From assembly GCA_027487355.1 (NCBI GenBank), contig JAIYDT010000470.1, forward strand, positions 10,199 through 74,198: a DNA stretch of 64,000 nt, in the 5' to 3' direction. The number at the start of each line of letters is the position of its first letter. Position 1 is the stretch's first letter. Origin of the DNA: Verrucomicrobiaceae bacterium. GTDB taxonomy: Bacteria; Verrucomicrobiota; Verrucomicrobiia; Verrucomicrobiales; Akkermansiaceae. A program made the position numbers and the translations under genes. Positions 18,173 through 27,751 of this stretch are shown here, piece by piece. Below the pieces are notes generated by a model that was not told the DNA's origin, ran no database searches, and saw only the letters and a program-made list of their open reading frames with translations.

Positions 18173-19930
18173 ATGCCAGCCAAAAAGCAAACCGCGAACA
18201 AGGCCGCCTCCAAAGCACCCGACCCACCGAAAATGTCCAGGACAGCGGAAGCTGCCGATTCTGTAAAGCTGAGTTCCGAACCCAACTACGCCGACGCTTC
18301 CGCCTTCAAAGCCGATGGCTTCGGAGCCGTGATCGATCATCTTGAACAAGAAATCCAGGAACTTTACACCCTCGATGAGGTGCCCTGGATCATTGGCTAC
18401 TCCGGGGGCAAAGACTCGACCGCCGTGCTCCAGCTCGTCTGGAGTGCTATCGAGAAGCTTCCCGCCCACCAGTACCGGAAGCCCATCCATGTCATCTCCA
18501 CCGACACGCTGGTCGAGAACCCGATCGTTGCTGCCTGGGTGGCAAACTCGCTGAAGGTGATGGCCCGCGCGGCCGAGGAGAAAGGACTGCCGTTCCAGCC
18601 TCGCCGACTTACACCGGCGGTCGAGGATTCGTTCTGGGTGAACCTCCTCGGCAAAGGTTATCCCGCCCCCCGCCACAAGTTCCGCTGGTGCACCGAGCGG
18701 CTGAAGATCCGGCCATCCAACAGTTTCATCACTGATGTCGTAACAAAGAACGGTGAAGCGATTCTTCTTCTTGGCGCCCGTAAGTCCGAGAGTGCCGCTC
18801 GGGCCAAAGTGATGAAGCGCAACGCCGAATACCGGGTTCGGGATAGGCTAAGCCCAAGTGCGACGTTAGCTGGTTGTTTAATCTACACCCCGGTCGAAGC
18901 GTGGACCAACGATGACGTTTGGTTCTACCTCATGCAGCGGAAGAACCCATGGGGCTATAACAATAGGGACCTTCTAGGCATGTATGCCGGTGCCTCCGCA
19001 GATGGCGAATGCCCGTTGGTGGTAGACGACAGCACCCCTAGCTGCGGTGATTCCCGGTTCGGCTGCTGGGTCTGCACGCTCGTCGAGAAGGACCGGTCGA
19101 TGACCGCGATGGTCCAGAACGACGCCGAGATGGAGTGGATGCAGCCGCTCCTCGAATTACGCAACCTCATCGACTTCCGCGAGGACGGACAGGAACGGGA
19201 CCGCAACACAGGAGAGCAGCGGGCAGTGCATACCAAGCGGGAGGCGTTCCAGTCGCCTGTCGGCGAGGCGCTCGGCGGCTTTCTCACACGCGTTTCCGGC
19301 CGACCGCTCGACGAGCTGGTCCGCGACCGCGATTGGGAGCGCTACCTCCGCGACTTCCGTCGGCTGAATACCGGCAATGTGCAGATCATGGGCGACGGAC
19401 AGAGGGAGATCCGCGGCCCCTACGTCCAGGAGGCCCGGGAGTGCTGGCTCCGCGCCCTGCTGACCGCCCAGATGGCCGTCCGCAAACTGGGCCCGAAGGA
19501 CGTGAAAGACATCGAACTCATAACCTTCCCGGAGTTGGAGGAAATCCGTCGTATCTGGGTGGTGGACAAACACGAGTTGGAGGACCGCCTCCCCGTCATC
19601 TACCGCGAGGTCGTCGGCCAACCGTATCCCGGCCGACCTCTCGATGACAATCTCTTGCTGGGCCAGGAGGAAATGCACGAATTGGCCGAAGTTTGCGGAG
19701 ATGACCCGTTGCACTACCAGCTCGCCCGCGACCTGCTCGGCCTGACGATCCAGCAGCGCAACAGTGCCCGCCGTTCCGGCGTGTTCGAGCAGATCGAAAG
19801 AACCATCAAGCGCTCCTTCTACGATAGCGAGGAAGATGCCCTCCAACTGGCCCGCTCGAAAGCCGCTCAGAAAAGCTCCTCCGGTAGTGTGGCCGAGGAA
19901 TCCGCCGATCCAGGCCAAATCAAGATTTAG
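18173..19930 (+). CDS. dndC: DNA phosphorothioation sulfurtransferase DndC
   Basis: GYSGGKDS, DTLVENP, RWCTERLKI, GECPLV...SCGDSRFGCWVCT motifs. ATG start taken at 18173. Confidence 0.95.
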   Translation: MPAKKQTANKAASKAPDPPKMSRTAEAADSVKLSSEPNYADASAFKADGFGAVIDHLEQEIQELYTLDEVPWIIGYSGGKDSTAVLQLVWSAIEKLPAHQYRKPIHVISTDTLVENPIVAAWVANSLKVMARAAEEKGLPFQPRRLTPAVEDSFWVNLLGKGYPAPRHKFRWCTERLKIRPSNSFITDVVTKNGEAILLLGARKSESAARAKVMKRNAEYRVRDRLSPSATLAGCLIYTPVEAWTNDDVWFYLMQRKNPWGYNNRDLLGMYAGASADGECPLVVDDSTPSCGDSRFGCWVCTLVEKDRSMTAMVQNDAEMEWMQPLLELRNLIDFREDGQERDRNTGEQRAVHTKREAFQSPVGEALGGFLTRVSGRPLDELVRDRDWERYLRDFRRLNTGNVQIMGDGQREIRGPYVQEARECWLRALLTAQMAVRKLGPKDVKDIELITFPELEEIRRIWVVDKHELEDRLPVIYREVVGQPYPGRPLDDNLLLGQEEMHELAEVCGDDPLHYQLARDLLGLTIQQRNSARRSGVFEQIERTIKRSFYDSEEDALQLARSKAAQKSSSGSVAEESADPGQIKI

Positions 19931-19932
19931 TC

Positions 19933-21924
19933 ATGATCCTCGATCGCGTCATCCTCGACAATTTCGGTGCCTACGCCGGCCGCCAGGAAGCCGTCCTCAC
20001 CCCGGAGCCGGGCAAGCCGGTCATCCTCTTCGGAGGGATGAACGGGGGCGGGAAGACCACCTTCCTCGATTCCATCCAGCTCGGCTTCTATGGCCGCAGG
20101 GCAAAGACCTCGAACCGAGGGAATATGGGTTACCGCGACTACCTCGCCGAATGCATCCACCGCGGGGCAGACCCGGCGGAGGGCTCCTCCATCACCATCC
20201 GCTTCCACCGCATGGCGGAGGGCCGGGTAGTTCACTTCGAGCTTCAGCGGTCCTGGAAGCAGGGGGCGAAGGGAATCGAGGAAGATCTCCGCGTGAATAA
20301 AAACGGCGAATACGATGACCTCCTGACCGAGCATTGGGAGGAGAGTCTCGACGCCTATCTCCCGGTCGGCATCGCCCACCTGTTCTTCTTCGATGGCGAG
20401 CAGATCAAGGAACTCGCCGAAGGCCAGAACTCCGCCCGCATCATCGGGTCGGCGATCCATTCCCTGCTCGGGCTGGACCTGGTGGACCGTCTCGACACGG
20501 ACCTACGGGTCTTCGAAAAGAAGAAGCGGGAAGAGACCCTCGACTCCGAGGCCCTGCTCCGGCTGAAGCGCGCCGAGGATGAGCTTGAGCATCTCCAAGA
20601 GGAGGAAGGCAAGCTTCTCCAGGAAGAAGGTCGGCTGGTCAACGAGGCCGGTAGGCTTGCCGCCGATGTCGCCAAAGCCCGCGAGGTCTTTGAGGCGGAG
20701 GGCGGCAACCTCTTCCTCCGGCACGATGAGCTGACCCAAGAGAAAAACGCACTGGAAGATCGGAAGCAGTTCTTACAGGACGAACTCCGCGGCCTCGCAG
20801 CTGGGGCGCTGCCCTTGCTGCTACTCCGTGACCAACTGGCGGCAGTACAGGATCAGGCCCACCGCGAAACCAGCGTCCGCCACAATCGCGTTCTGGTGGA
20901 CGCGATGGAAGAGCGGGACGAGGCGATCCTGGTCATCCTCGGTCATGAGAAGCTCTCCACCGCCGCGATCAAGCGGGTGGAAAAGGAGCTGGCCGAGGAC
21001 CGCCGACGGCGGCGGGAGGAAGCGGATGAGAAACTGGTTCTCGACGCCGAGCCGGGCTTCGAGACCGAGCTGATGCATCTGCGGGAGAGCACCCTGCCGT
21101 CAGTCCGCCTGCGCGCCCGTGAGCTGCTGGCTCAGATCGCGCAGCACGACGAGCGCATCACCCGCCTCGAAGCGGATCTCGCCCGCGTGCCGAATGAAGA
21201 CCGGATCAAGGACCCCAAACTCAGGCTTGAGCAGAAGCAGGCAGAGCATCAAGCGCACCTTCAACACCTGGAGGAGATCAAAGTCAGGAAAAAGGCTCTG
21301 CGCACCCAGTGCGAGCGCGCCAGCCTGAATCTCGAGCGGGTCGGCTCTCAGGAGGTGGAAGCGCGCTTCAGCGAGGATGCGCGGCAGCGCATGCTCAAGC
21401 ATGCCGCCAAGGTCCGCTCAACCCTCTCGGCCTTTAAGACCCGGGTAATTCTCAAGCACGCCCGCAAGATCGAGTCGCTCATGCTGGAATCGTTCCAGTC
21501 GCTGCTCCGCAAATCGGGACTAGTGTCAGGTCTGACCATCGATCCCGAGACTTTCACGGTGACACTGCTGGACCGCTCGGGCCGCCCCTTGCCGTTCGAC
21601 CGGCTCTCGGCTGGCGAGCGGCAACTGCTCGCCACCTCCCTCCTGTGGGGTCTGGCCCGCGCTTCGGGCCGGCCCGTGCCCACCATCATCGACACGCCTC
21701 TCGGTCGCCTCGACTCCTCGCACCGGAAGCACCTCACCGAGCGCTACTTTCCATTTGCCTCGCACCAGGTGTTGCTGCTCTCCACCGACGAGGAGATCGT
21801 TGGTGACTACCTTCGGGCCATCAGTCCCTTCGTCACCCGCAGCTACTACCTCGCCCACGACGAGAAGCTCGGTTCAACCTCTGTAAATCCTGGCTACTTC
21901 CCGCAATATGACGCCACCGTGTGA
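19933..21924 (+). CDS. dndD: DNA sulfur modification ATPase DndD
   Basis: GGMNGGGKTT, FFFDGEQI, coiled coil, LSAGERQL, IIDTPLGRLDS, SHQVLLLSTDEE. Confidence 0.95.
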   Translation: MILDRVILDNFGAYAGRQEAVLTPEPGKPVILFGGMNGGGKTTFLDSIQLGFYGRRAKTSNRGNMGYRDYLAECIHRGADPAEGSSITIRFHRMAEGRVVHFELQRSWKQGAKGIEEDLRVNKNGEYDDLLTEHWEESLDAYLPVGIAHLFFFDGEQIKELAEGQNSARIIGSAIHSLLGLDLVDRLDTDLRVFEKKKREETLDSEALLRLKRAEDELEHLQEEEGKLLQEEGRLVNEAGRLAADVAKAREVFEAEGGNLFLRHDELTQEKNALEDRKQFLQDELRGLAAGALPLLLLRDQLAAVQDQAHRETSVRHNRVLVDAMEERDEAILVILGHEKLSTAAIKRVEKELAEDRRRRREEADEKLVLDAEPGFETELMHLRESTLPSVRLRARELLAQIAQHDERITRLEADLARVPNEDRIKDPKLRLEQKQAEHQAHLQHLEEIKVRKKALRTQCERASLNLERVGSQEVEARFSEDARQRMLKHAAKVRSTLSAFKTRVILKHARKIESLMLESFQSLLRKSGLVSGLTIDPETFTVTLLDRSGRPLPFDRLSAGERQLLATSLLWGLARASGRPVPTIIDTPLGRLDSSHRKHLTERYFPFASHQVLLLSTDEEIVGDYLRAISPFVTRSYYLAHDEKLGSTSVNPGYFPQYDATV

Positions 21925-22339
21925 GACCATCCGCCTGGGAAAGCAGGCCCGTGATCAACTTATCAAGATCAAAAGAAACACCGGAATTGAGAATTGGAAC
22001 GTGATTTGTCGGTGGGCTCTCTGCGTCTCTTTGCGAGAACCGACGCCCCCCCCAGTCGTTAAGGCTTCGTCTGACGATGGGGTTGAGATGACGTGGAAGG
22101 TTTTCGGTGGAGAGAGCGCCAACTACTTCTCCGCGCTCCTTTTGAACTCCAGACGTCATGAAGACAAAGGAGCTGCCTCGTTAGATGATTCCGCCCTGAT
22201 TCACGCGCACATTCGCAGAGGCCTGGGCTTCCTAGCGTCGGGCGCTGACACCCGTTCAATCGAGCTTCTGGTATCGAGGTGGTTAAATGCCGAACTCAGC
22301 CTCGAAACACCCACCGGCGATGCCACGCAAGTGAGGTGA
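21908..22339 (+). CDS. dndE: DNA sulfur modification protein DndE
   Basis: QLIKIKRNTGIENWNVICRWALCVSL, EMTWKVFGGE and HIRRGL motifs; follows dndD. Confidence 0.93.
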   Translation: MTPPCETIRLGKQARDQLIKIKRNTGIENWNVICRWALCVSLREPTPPPVVKASSDDGVEMTWKVFGGESANYFSALLLNSRRHEDKGAASLDDSALIHAHIRRGLGFLASGADTRSIELLVSRWLNAELSLETPTGDATQVR

Positions 22340-23162
22340 GCGACGGAAATAATGAAGCGGTGCTGGGCAATGACATGCTCTTTCCGCTCTTCAAGCCGAC
22401 CGAATTGGCAATGCCGAGGTCAGGCGAGAGTCTGATTGTGTAATCGTCATCAATGGTAAAAAGCCCGAGGTGGAACAGTTTTCGATGCAACGTGCTCATC
22501 GCAATCGCGTTCGAAACGGTCGAGGGCCCTCCGTGATTTCTCCAAACCAGTTCAGCCGACTCTATGCCAGCATGCTTGACAACAGGACTGCTCTGGAATC
22601 CCGAAATCGCGCAGCGAAACCCGTACTCCAAAAGTACTGCCGACTTGAAGTCGTAGCTCGTGACATGGTCCGGAGGTGTAGACTGTAGCCCTAGATCGAT
22701 CTCGAAGAAATTGAGCAGTTCTTCGTGGATGCTCACTGGGAAATGGTGGTCGAGGATCCGATGGCAAGCCTCATTAAACAATTCAGGGTGTTTGGCAAGG
22801 AGATCGAAATCGCTCTTGATCAGACCTCCCTCGGATCGGTTCTTGAGCAGCGAACTCTTCTTGGGGTCGTTGTTGCTCTGTCGCAGTTCATAGACCGAAG
22901 GAGACGCTGGATGGACTTCGCTCAGTCTGTCGTTCTGGAGTCTCCAAAACGGATACTCGGGGTTGACGCACGCGGTGCGCTGTCCGAACAGGCGGAGAGC
23001 TTCGGAGAGCACTCGGTTCACCTCGGAAAAAGCCAACATTCTGGGCATCCGCTTCTGCTGAGAAGCTAAAAGAAAAAGCAGATAGAGCGGTTTGTGGGGA
23101 GCCCGATTGGTGCCCTTCTTGTAGACATTGATGGCGTCGATTTTCTCGATCAGGTTCTTCAA
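22296..23162 (-). CDS. SBD-HNH protein (phosphorothioate-binding domain plus HNH-like domain) with a degenerate active site
   Basis: SBD motifs RAPHKPLYLL and YPFWRLQND. The HNH region reads CAIS...ESAE...GGP..VSNAIAMSTLHRKLFH. Confidence 0.8.
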   Translation of the reverse strand: MKNLIEKIDAINVYKKGTNRAPHKPLYLLFLLASQQKRMPRMLAFSEVNRVLSEALRLFGQRTACVNPEYPFWRLQNDRLSEVHPASPSVYELRQSNNDPKKSSLLKNRSEGGLIKSDFDLLAKHPELFNEACHRILDHHFPVSIHEELLNFFEIDLGLQSTPPDHVTSYDFKSAVLLEYGFRCAISGFQSSPVVKHAGIESAELVWRNHGGPSTVSNAIAMSTLHRKLFHLGLFTIDDDYTIRLSPDLGIANSVGLKSGKSMSLPSTASLFPSLTSLAWHRRWVFRG

Positions 23163-23168
23163 TTTTGC

Positions 23169-23615
23169 TCAGATTAGGTCGTCGATTTTAGCTTCCCTAA
23201 CGGGAGCTTGCGAGGCTTCAAGAACGAAAGAGGCGAGGTCGTCCAAAGGTGATGTGCTACTCGAAACACGCTCCTTGAGGACATTCAACCCGTAGTTCGC
23301 GTATTCCTCGAATGCGGTGATCAGGCTGTCTTGGTTTTCAGTAGAAGAATGCAAGCAGCTACTATCTCCCGAATCCGCGATCGCGATCAGATACAGGAAT
23401 CCACGCCAAGCAGGGGTGCTGAAGTAGGTCTCCGGCATCGCCTTCCCTGAGTCCACAGGTCCAAGAGGAGTACGCGCCCCGTCTTTTACCCCGATGGCGG
23501 CAGCGAGTAACAATAGCCGCCAAATCTCCCGGAATAGCGGTTTTTCACCCGTGGTAAGATCTTTGACAAACTCTTCATGGGAGCTTTCCCGTTGAATGCG
23601 CCGAAGTGTACTCAT
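23169..23615 (-). CDS. pbeD: PbeD-like / dnd-associated protein 4, copy 1
   Basis: LFREIWRLLLLAAAIG and FEEYANYGL motifs; ATGA overlap with the upstream ATPase. Confidence 0.7.
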   Translation of the reverse strand: MSTLRRIQRESSHEEFVKDLTTGEKPLFREIWRLLLLAAAIGVKDGARTPLGPVDSGKAMPETYFSTPAWRGFLYLIAIADSGDSSCLHSSTENQDSLITAFEEYANYGLNVLKERVSSSTSPLDDLASFVLEASQAPVREAKIDDLI

Positions 23616-25714
23616 AACTCGCAAATCTGTGTGAATTCCTCATCAGTAGACGGGAAGTATTGTTGGATTTTCTGGCCGCCAATGACCAACTCGGGGTTGG
23701 CGCGGTCCGGGATGGTCGGGCCGGTAAAGGTGAGGTAGTAGCGCTTGCCGACCCGCCCCACGGATTCAAGGGCCTCATCGACATCGCCGTCGTACTGGGT
23801 CGGGCTGACCAGCAGCAGCACCTGGGGTGCGAGCTCTGGTATGTACCTCGCGACATCCTTGCGGAACATGCTGAGCGAGCCAAATGGAGAATCGATCGCA
23901 ATCGGGTATGCCGATCCCGACAACCCCTTCAGCATTAGTCCAAGTTCTGACCGCTGATTCGCTAAAGCTACGAGACTGGCGATGAAGACGAGTGATGTTA
24001 CGGTGCGCTGGCCGGTGCTCAGGGCAGCGTCGATTTCGACATCCTCACCGTCGACGATAGCTCCCGCCACTCGCTTGCGGATCCGCAGAGTGAAATCTTC
24101 AGCCAGCTCGGGCCAGAAGTCCCGGTCCATGATCTTGCGGAAGTGCTTCGAGATTTCCTCGTTGAGCAGCGGCCGGAGATCCTCCGTTTCCGCATCGAGG
24201 ATGCGCTTTAGGATGGCGGCGCAGTCCTCCACCGCGGTAACCCGCCGCTGGGCGAGATCTGCGCTGGCGTCCTTCTCCTCCATCTGGCGCATCTGGTCAC
24301 CCAAACGGGTGATTTCAGCCTGGCAGTCCTCAATCCGGCCCTCGCTTCGGCCTAGCTCGGCGTTGTAGCTGTCCCGGTCGAGGAGGAGCTTCGTGCGTCG
24401 GGCCTCCAGATCCTGCGCCTCATCGTCGTTCTTGCCGCTGATGAGCTGATGGATCTCCTCAATCTGCTCCTCTCGCTCGCTAATCTGGCGTGCCAGTTCG
24501 AGGCGTTCGATGTTGAGGTCCCGGATCTGCTCCTCGGTCTTGCGCGCGCCCTCCATGAGCACGCCGATCGCATGGTCGAGCGCCCCGACTGCATTGTTGA
24601 AGTCGGCGTCGCCGGCGATGGTCTTGAGTTCTTCCACGGCGTGGCGGTGGGGCGTGCCGGAAGCGAGGTCGCGCTTGCAGATGCAAACCTCGCTGTTGAG
24701 GAGATCGTCTAGGAAGGTATTCAGGACCCGCGCCGGGATCTTTCCCTCGGCCCGAAGGCGAGTCATGATGTCCTGACCTCGCTTCACCAAATCGGAGGTG
24801 AAGAGCATGTATCCGTCTTCGGCGATCAGGCGGGCTAGCTTCTTCGAAGCATCATCCTTTCGCGTCAATAGTTCCTCCAGCTCTTTGGTAAGCCGGTTCC
24901 TCCGGGCGTGGAGTTCGTGGGCCTTCTGGTTGGCGGACAGCTTGGCGTTGATATCCTCCACCTGCTGGTCCACCGCTACCAGGTTCCTGCGAATCTGCTT
25001 GATCGCATCCTGCTGTTCCGCGAGGCGGCCTTCAGCCAGATCCCGCTGGTCGAGCAGCTCACGTTTTTCCTCGCTGGTCGGTTGCTGCCGCAGGTCTGAC
25101 CGGAGCTTTCCCTTCACATTGGCGTGGTTGAGGTCGTTAATGGTCCTTTCCAGAAGCTGGAGTCCCAGCATTTGGCGGATCGCCTCGGAGACCTCCGCGC
25201 TGCTGCGCTGCATCGCCAAATAGTTGATCCGTTCACCGTTGAAGAAGAGAAGCTTGCGGATCCCGTCCGGGACAATCGCTTGGATCCGCTGCTGGGGGTT
25301 GTCTTGCCGGAAGGTCTCTCCATCCCGCATGATGACCAGCGTGAGGTCGGTGTCCTTTGGATTGAGGCGCTGCTTGGCCAGCGTCAGGGAGCGTTTCAGG
25401 ACGTACCGGTCACCCTCGTGCTTGAAAACCAATTCCACCGAAGCCTCCGCCCGGTGGGGATCAGTGGCCAGAGCCGCGACCCCTTCATTGATAAGGCGAT
25501 CCGGCATTTCAAAATCGTCCGCCTGCCCGTCGGTGCCCATGAGGCCGTCGCGGCCGTAGAGCACCCACAGCAGGCCCTTCAGGATGGTGGTCTTGCCGAA
25601 GCCGTTCTCGGCGTGGACGATGGTCACATTCCGCTCCCGGACATCCGAGAACACCAGCTCCTGCCGACCTCTGAACTGACGGAAGTTTTCGAATACAAGT
25701 CGCTCTAGGATCAT
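23612..25714 (-). CDS. pbeC: SMC/Rad50-like ATPase, PbeC-like, copy 1
   Basis: ENFRQF, AENGFGKTT, FFNGERI, CIC hook within the coiled coil, LSTGQ, IDSPF. Confidence 0.8.
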   Translation of the reverse strand: MILERLVFENFRQFRGRQELVFSDVRERNVTIVHAENGFGKTTILKGLLWVLYGRDGLMGTDGQADDFEMPDRLINEGVAALATDPHRAEASVELVFKHEGDRYVLKRSLTLAKQRLNPKDTDLTLVIMRDGETFRQDNPQQRIQAIVPDGIRKLLFFNGERINYLAMQRSSAEVSEAIRQMLGLQLLERTINDLNHANVKGKLRSDLRQQPTSEEKRELLDQRDLAEGRLAEQQDAIKQIRRNLVAVDQQVEDINAKLSANQKAHELHARRNRLTKELEELLTRKDDASKKLARLIAEDGYMLFTSDLVKRGQDIMTRLRAEGKIPARVLNTFLDDLLNSEVCICKRDLASGTPHRHAVEELKTIAGDADFNNAVGALDHAIGVLMEGARKTEEQIRDLNIERLELARQISEREEQIEEIHQLISGKNDDEAQDLEARRTKLLLDRDSYNAELGRSEGRIEDCQAEITRLGDQMRQMEEKDASADLAQRRVTAVEDCAAILKRILDAETEDLRPLLNEEISKHFRKIMDRDFWPELAEDFTLRIRKRVAGAIVDGEDVEIDAALSTGQRTVTSLVFIASLVALANQRSELGLMLKGLSGSAYPIAIDSPFGSLSMFRKDVARYIPELAPQVLLLVSPTQYDGDVDEALESVGRVGKRYYLTFTGPTIPDRANPELVIGGQKIQQYFPSTDEEFTQICEL

Positions 25715-25896
25715 CGAATCAGGCGTTTGACGTGGTCGTAAATGTTCTGGTGGATGTTCGGCCTGCGTTCCTTGTGCATGACCTTTCTTTCCTCGGCGAG
25801 GATATCCTTGATCAGCTTCTTCTGCTCTTCAGAGGCGTCCTTGAAGATTTGCTGGGCGCGGGTCGGGTTCGGAGGGGGGGTAGTTTGTTCAGGCAT
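25711..25896 (-). CDS. Small basic helical protein, PbeB-like, copy 1
   Basis: 61 aa (MPEQ...IKDILAEERKVMHKERRPNIHQNIYDHVKRLIR). Its stop overlaps the ATPase start. Identity is positional. Confidence 0.65.
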   Translation of the reverse strand: MPEQTTPPPNPTRAQQIFKDASEEQKKLIKDILAEERKVMHKERRPNIHQNIYDHVKRLIR

Positions 25897-25898
25897 AG

Positions 25899-27746
25899 TT
25901 AAATCATTCCGTCTTCGGATTCGGTGGCTGACACGTCGGTTGTCTGTGTGGCCTGTGGCTGAACTGCAGCAACGGTGGGGATGGCGGGAAGCGACCAAAC
26001 TACAGGTGCGGCTTGTGCGAAGCTCTCCGCCCGATTGGCGATCCATGCGTAGTTCCAAGTTGCACCATTGGTATCATACTCGGAAGCGATGCGGTAGGAC
26101 ATCGGAATTGCCGAGCCGGGATCAGTGGCGGTCGTTCGCTGGCGGTAGCGGGCAACTTTCGTCGGAAACTCCGAAGCTTGGATCGCCTTGTTGAGGCCCT
26201 GTTCCAGGAGGGTCATGTTGCCGATAGAATAGACCCAGTCCTCCCTGGCCCGGCCATCCAGGAAAAAGGCCGGCCAAGCGTCCTCTTTTTGGGGAAAGAC
26301 ATGTTCCAGCTGAACATCGTGATTCAATGGATGGCCTTCGCCGTGTTCGTGCAGATGGATTTTGGATAGGAGATGCCGTGCCGCCTTGTTGTCCTCAAAG
26401 CGCTGGGTCCGCAGGCGGTCGATGAACTTTTCGTCCGAAGTTTCCGGGTCTTGGGCGAAGATCCCGAGAATCGTGTCGTCCGAAGCGCCCAGTGTGACCG
26501 CCTCCTGAATCTTGTCGAAACGACTTTCCGCACGGCCGGCGGAGAAGCTTCCGACCGTGATGATCCGAAAAAGGTAGGAGGCTGCCGGGCCTGCTAGCTT
26601 ATGAAGGAGGGCAGGTCGGTTCCGGTTGAGGTAAAGAAAGAGCGGGATGTAAACCGAGTAACCCAAGGTGTTCAGTTCCGCATAGCTGCATGCCGTCGAA
26701 CCGAGGCTGAGCGACGAATGGGGAAAGCGGAGGTTCCTGTCGGTGATCTCACAGAAGAACTCGGAACTGGCCAGCCATTGATCAAGCACGGGCTCACCGT
26801 CCTTGTCCGCGAGTTCATCACGGATCAGGCGGTAGAGTTCCTTCTTAGTGCACTTGGCCTCGAAAGCGCACCAGTAGAAGCGGAGGTAATCGTGTGCCTG
26901 AAAGCGCGACTTGCCCAGCCGTGAGATGAGTTCATTCCATTTCCCAAGCACCCTCGTCTTCTTCTCCTCGTCCCCTCCACATCCAAGCAGGAGGCGATTT
27001 TTGACAAGGTCGGCAATCGACAAATCAAGGCCGCGGTCGTTCAGGGTTTCGAACAGGAGATAGGCGTCATTATCACTGCCAACCGCAATCCTCAGGAGGA
27101 TGAGCTTGGTCATGCAGAAAGTGACGAATTTCTCGATTTTGATGAATCCATCCTCCTTATCGAGGTAGTCTTCGATCAGCTTTCGGGTGAAGAATTTCTT
27201 CCCTTTGGCAAGCCTGGATTCGGCCTTGAACGTCTGCCGCTCTTCTTTGCTCAGGAGTGGTGGGCTCTCTTTCTGGACCTTGTCGTAAAAGACAGGATGA
27301 TCCTTGTCGTTGAGACGGAGGAAGTAGTTGTCTGGTTCGCTGAGGTGAACGACCAGCGTACCGGCCTTCGTGGCAGCCCTCCGCGCCTTGTCGCGATTGG
27401 GATCAACATTCAGACCGATGGCTGCATAGGACTCGTGGGTCGAGTTGTGAACGAAGTGGTTCGCGAGATCGCGGATCACCGCGAAGAGAATCGTGAAAGT
27501 GGTAAGCCGCTGCTGCCCGTCGACTATCTCGTAAATCCCCTCATCCGCGAGGTTCTCGGTGTTCAAGACGAAGCTTCCGAGGAAGTACTCCCGGTCACCT
27601 TCGAAAGCGGTGTTGATGTCACTCCAGAGTTCGGCCCACTGATCCTGATTCCAGGTGTAGTCCCTTTGGTAATGTGGGACGGCATAGCGGGTCGCCACGC
27701 CGGTGAAGATCCGCTCAAGGGTCTGGGGTTCGGACTGTATCTGCAT
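25899..27746 (-). CDS. DUF262 + DUF1524 protein (GmrSD/SspE-like NTPase-HNH nuclease)
   Basis: VPHYQRDYTW, IVDGQQRLTT, FETLNDRGLDL, LEHVFPQ and IGNMTLL...N motifs. Confidence 0.9.
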   Translation of the reverse strand: MQIQSEPQTLERIFTGVATRYAVPHYQRDYTWNQDQWAELWSDINTAFEGDREYFLGSFVLNTENLADEGIYEIVDGQQRLTTFTILFAVIRDLANHFVHNSTHESYAAIGLNVDPNRDKARRAATKAGTLVVHLSEPDNYFLRLNDKDHPVFYDKVQKESPPLLSKEERQTFKAESRLAKGKKFFTRKLIEDYLDKEDGFIKIEKFVTFCMTKLILLRIAVGSDNDAYLLFETLNDRGLDLSIADLVKNRLLLGCGGDEEKKTRVLGKWNELISRLGKSRFQAHDYLRFYWCAFEAKCTKKELYRLIRDELADKDGEPVLDQWLASSEFFCEITDRNLRFPHSSLSLGSTACSYAELNTLGYSVYIPLFLYLNRNRPALLHKLAGPAASYLFRIITVGSFSAGRAESRFDKIQEAVTLGASDDTILGIFAQDPETSDEKFIDRLRTQRFEDNKAARHLLSKIHLHEHGEGHPLNHDVQLEHVFPQKEDAWPAFFLDGRAREDWVYSIGNMTLLEQGLNKAIQASEFPTKVARYRQRTTATDPGSAIPMSYRIASEYDTNGATWNYAWIANRAESFAQAAPVVWSLPAIPTVAAVQPQATQTTDVSATESEDGMI

Positions 27747-27751
27747 GATGA

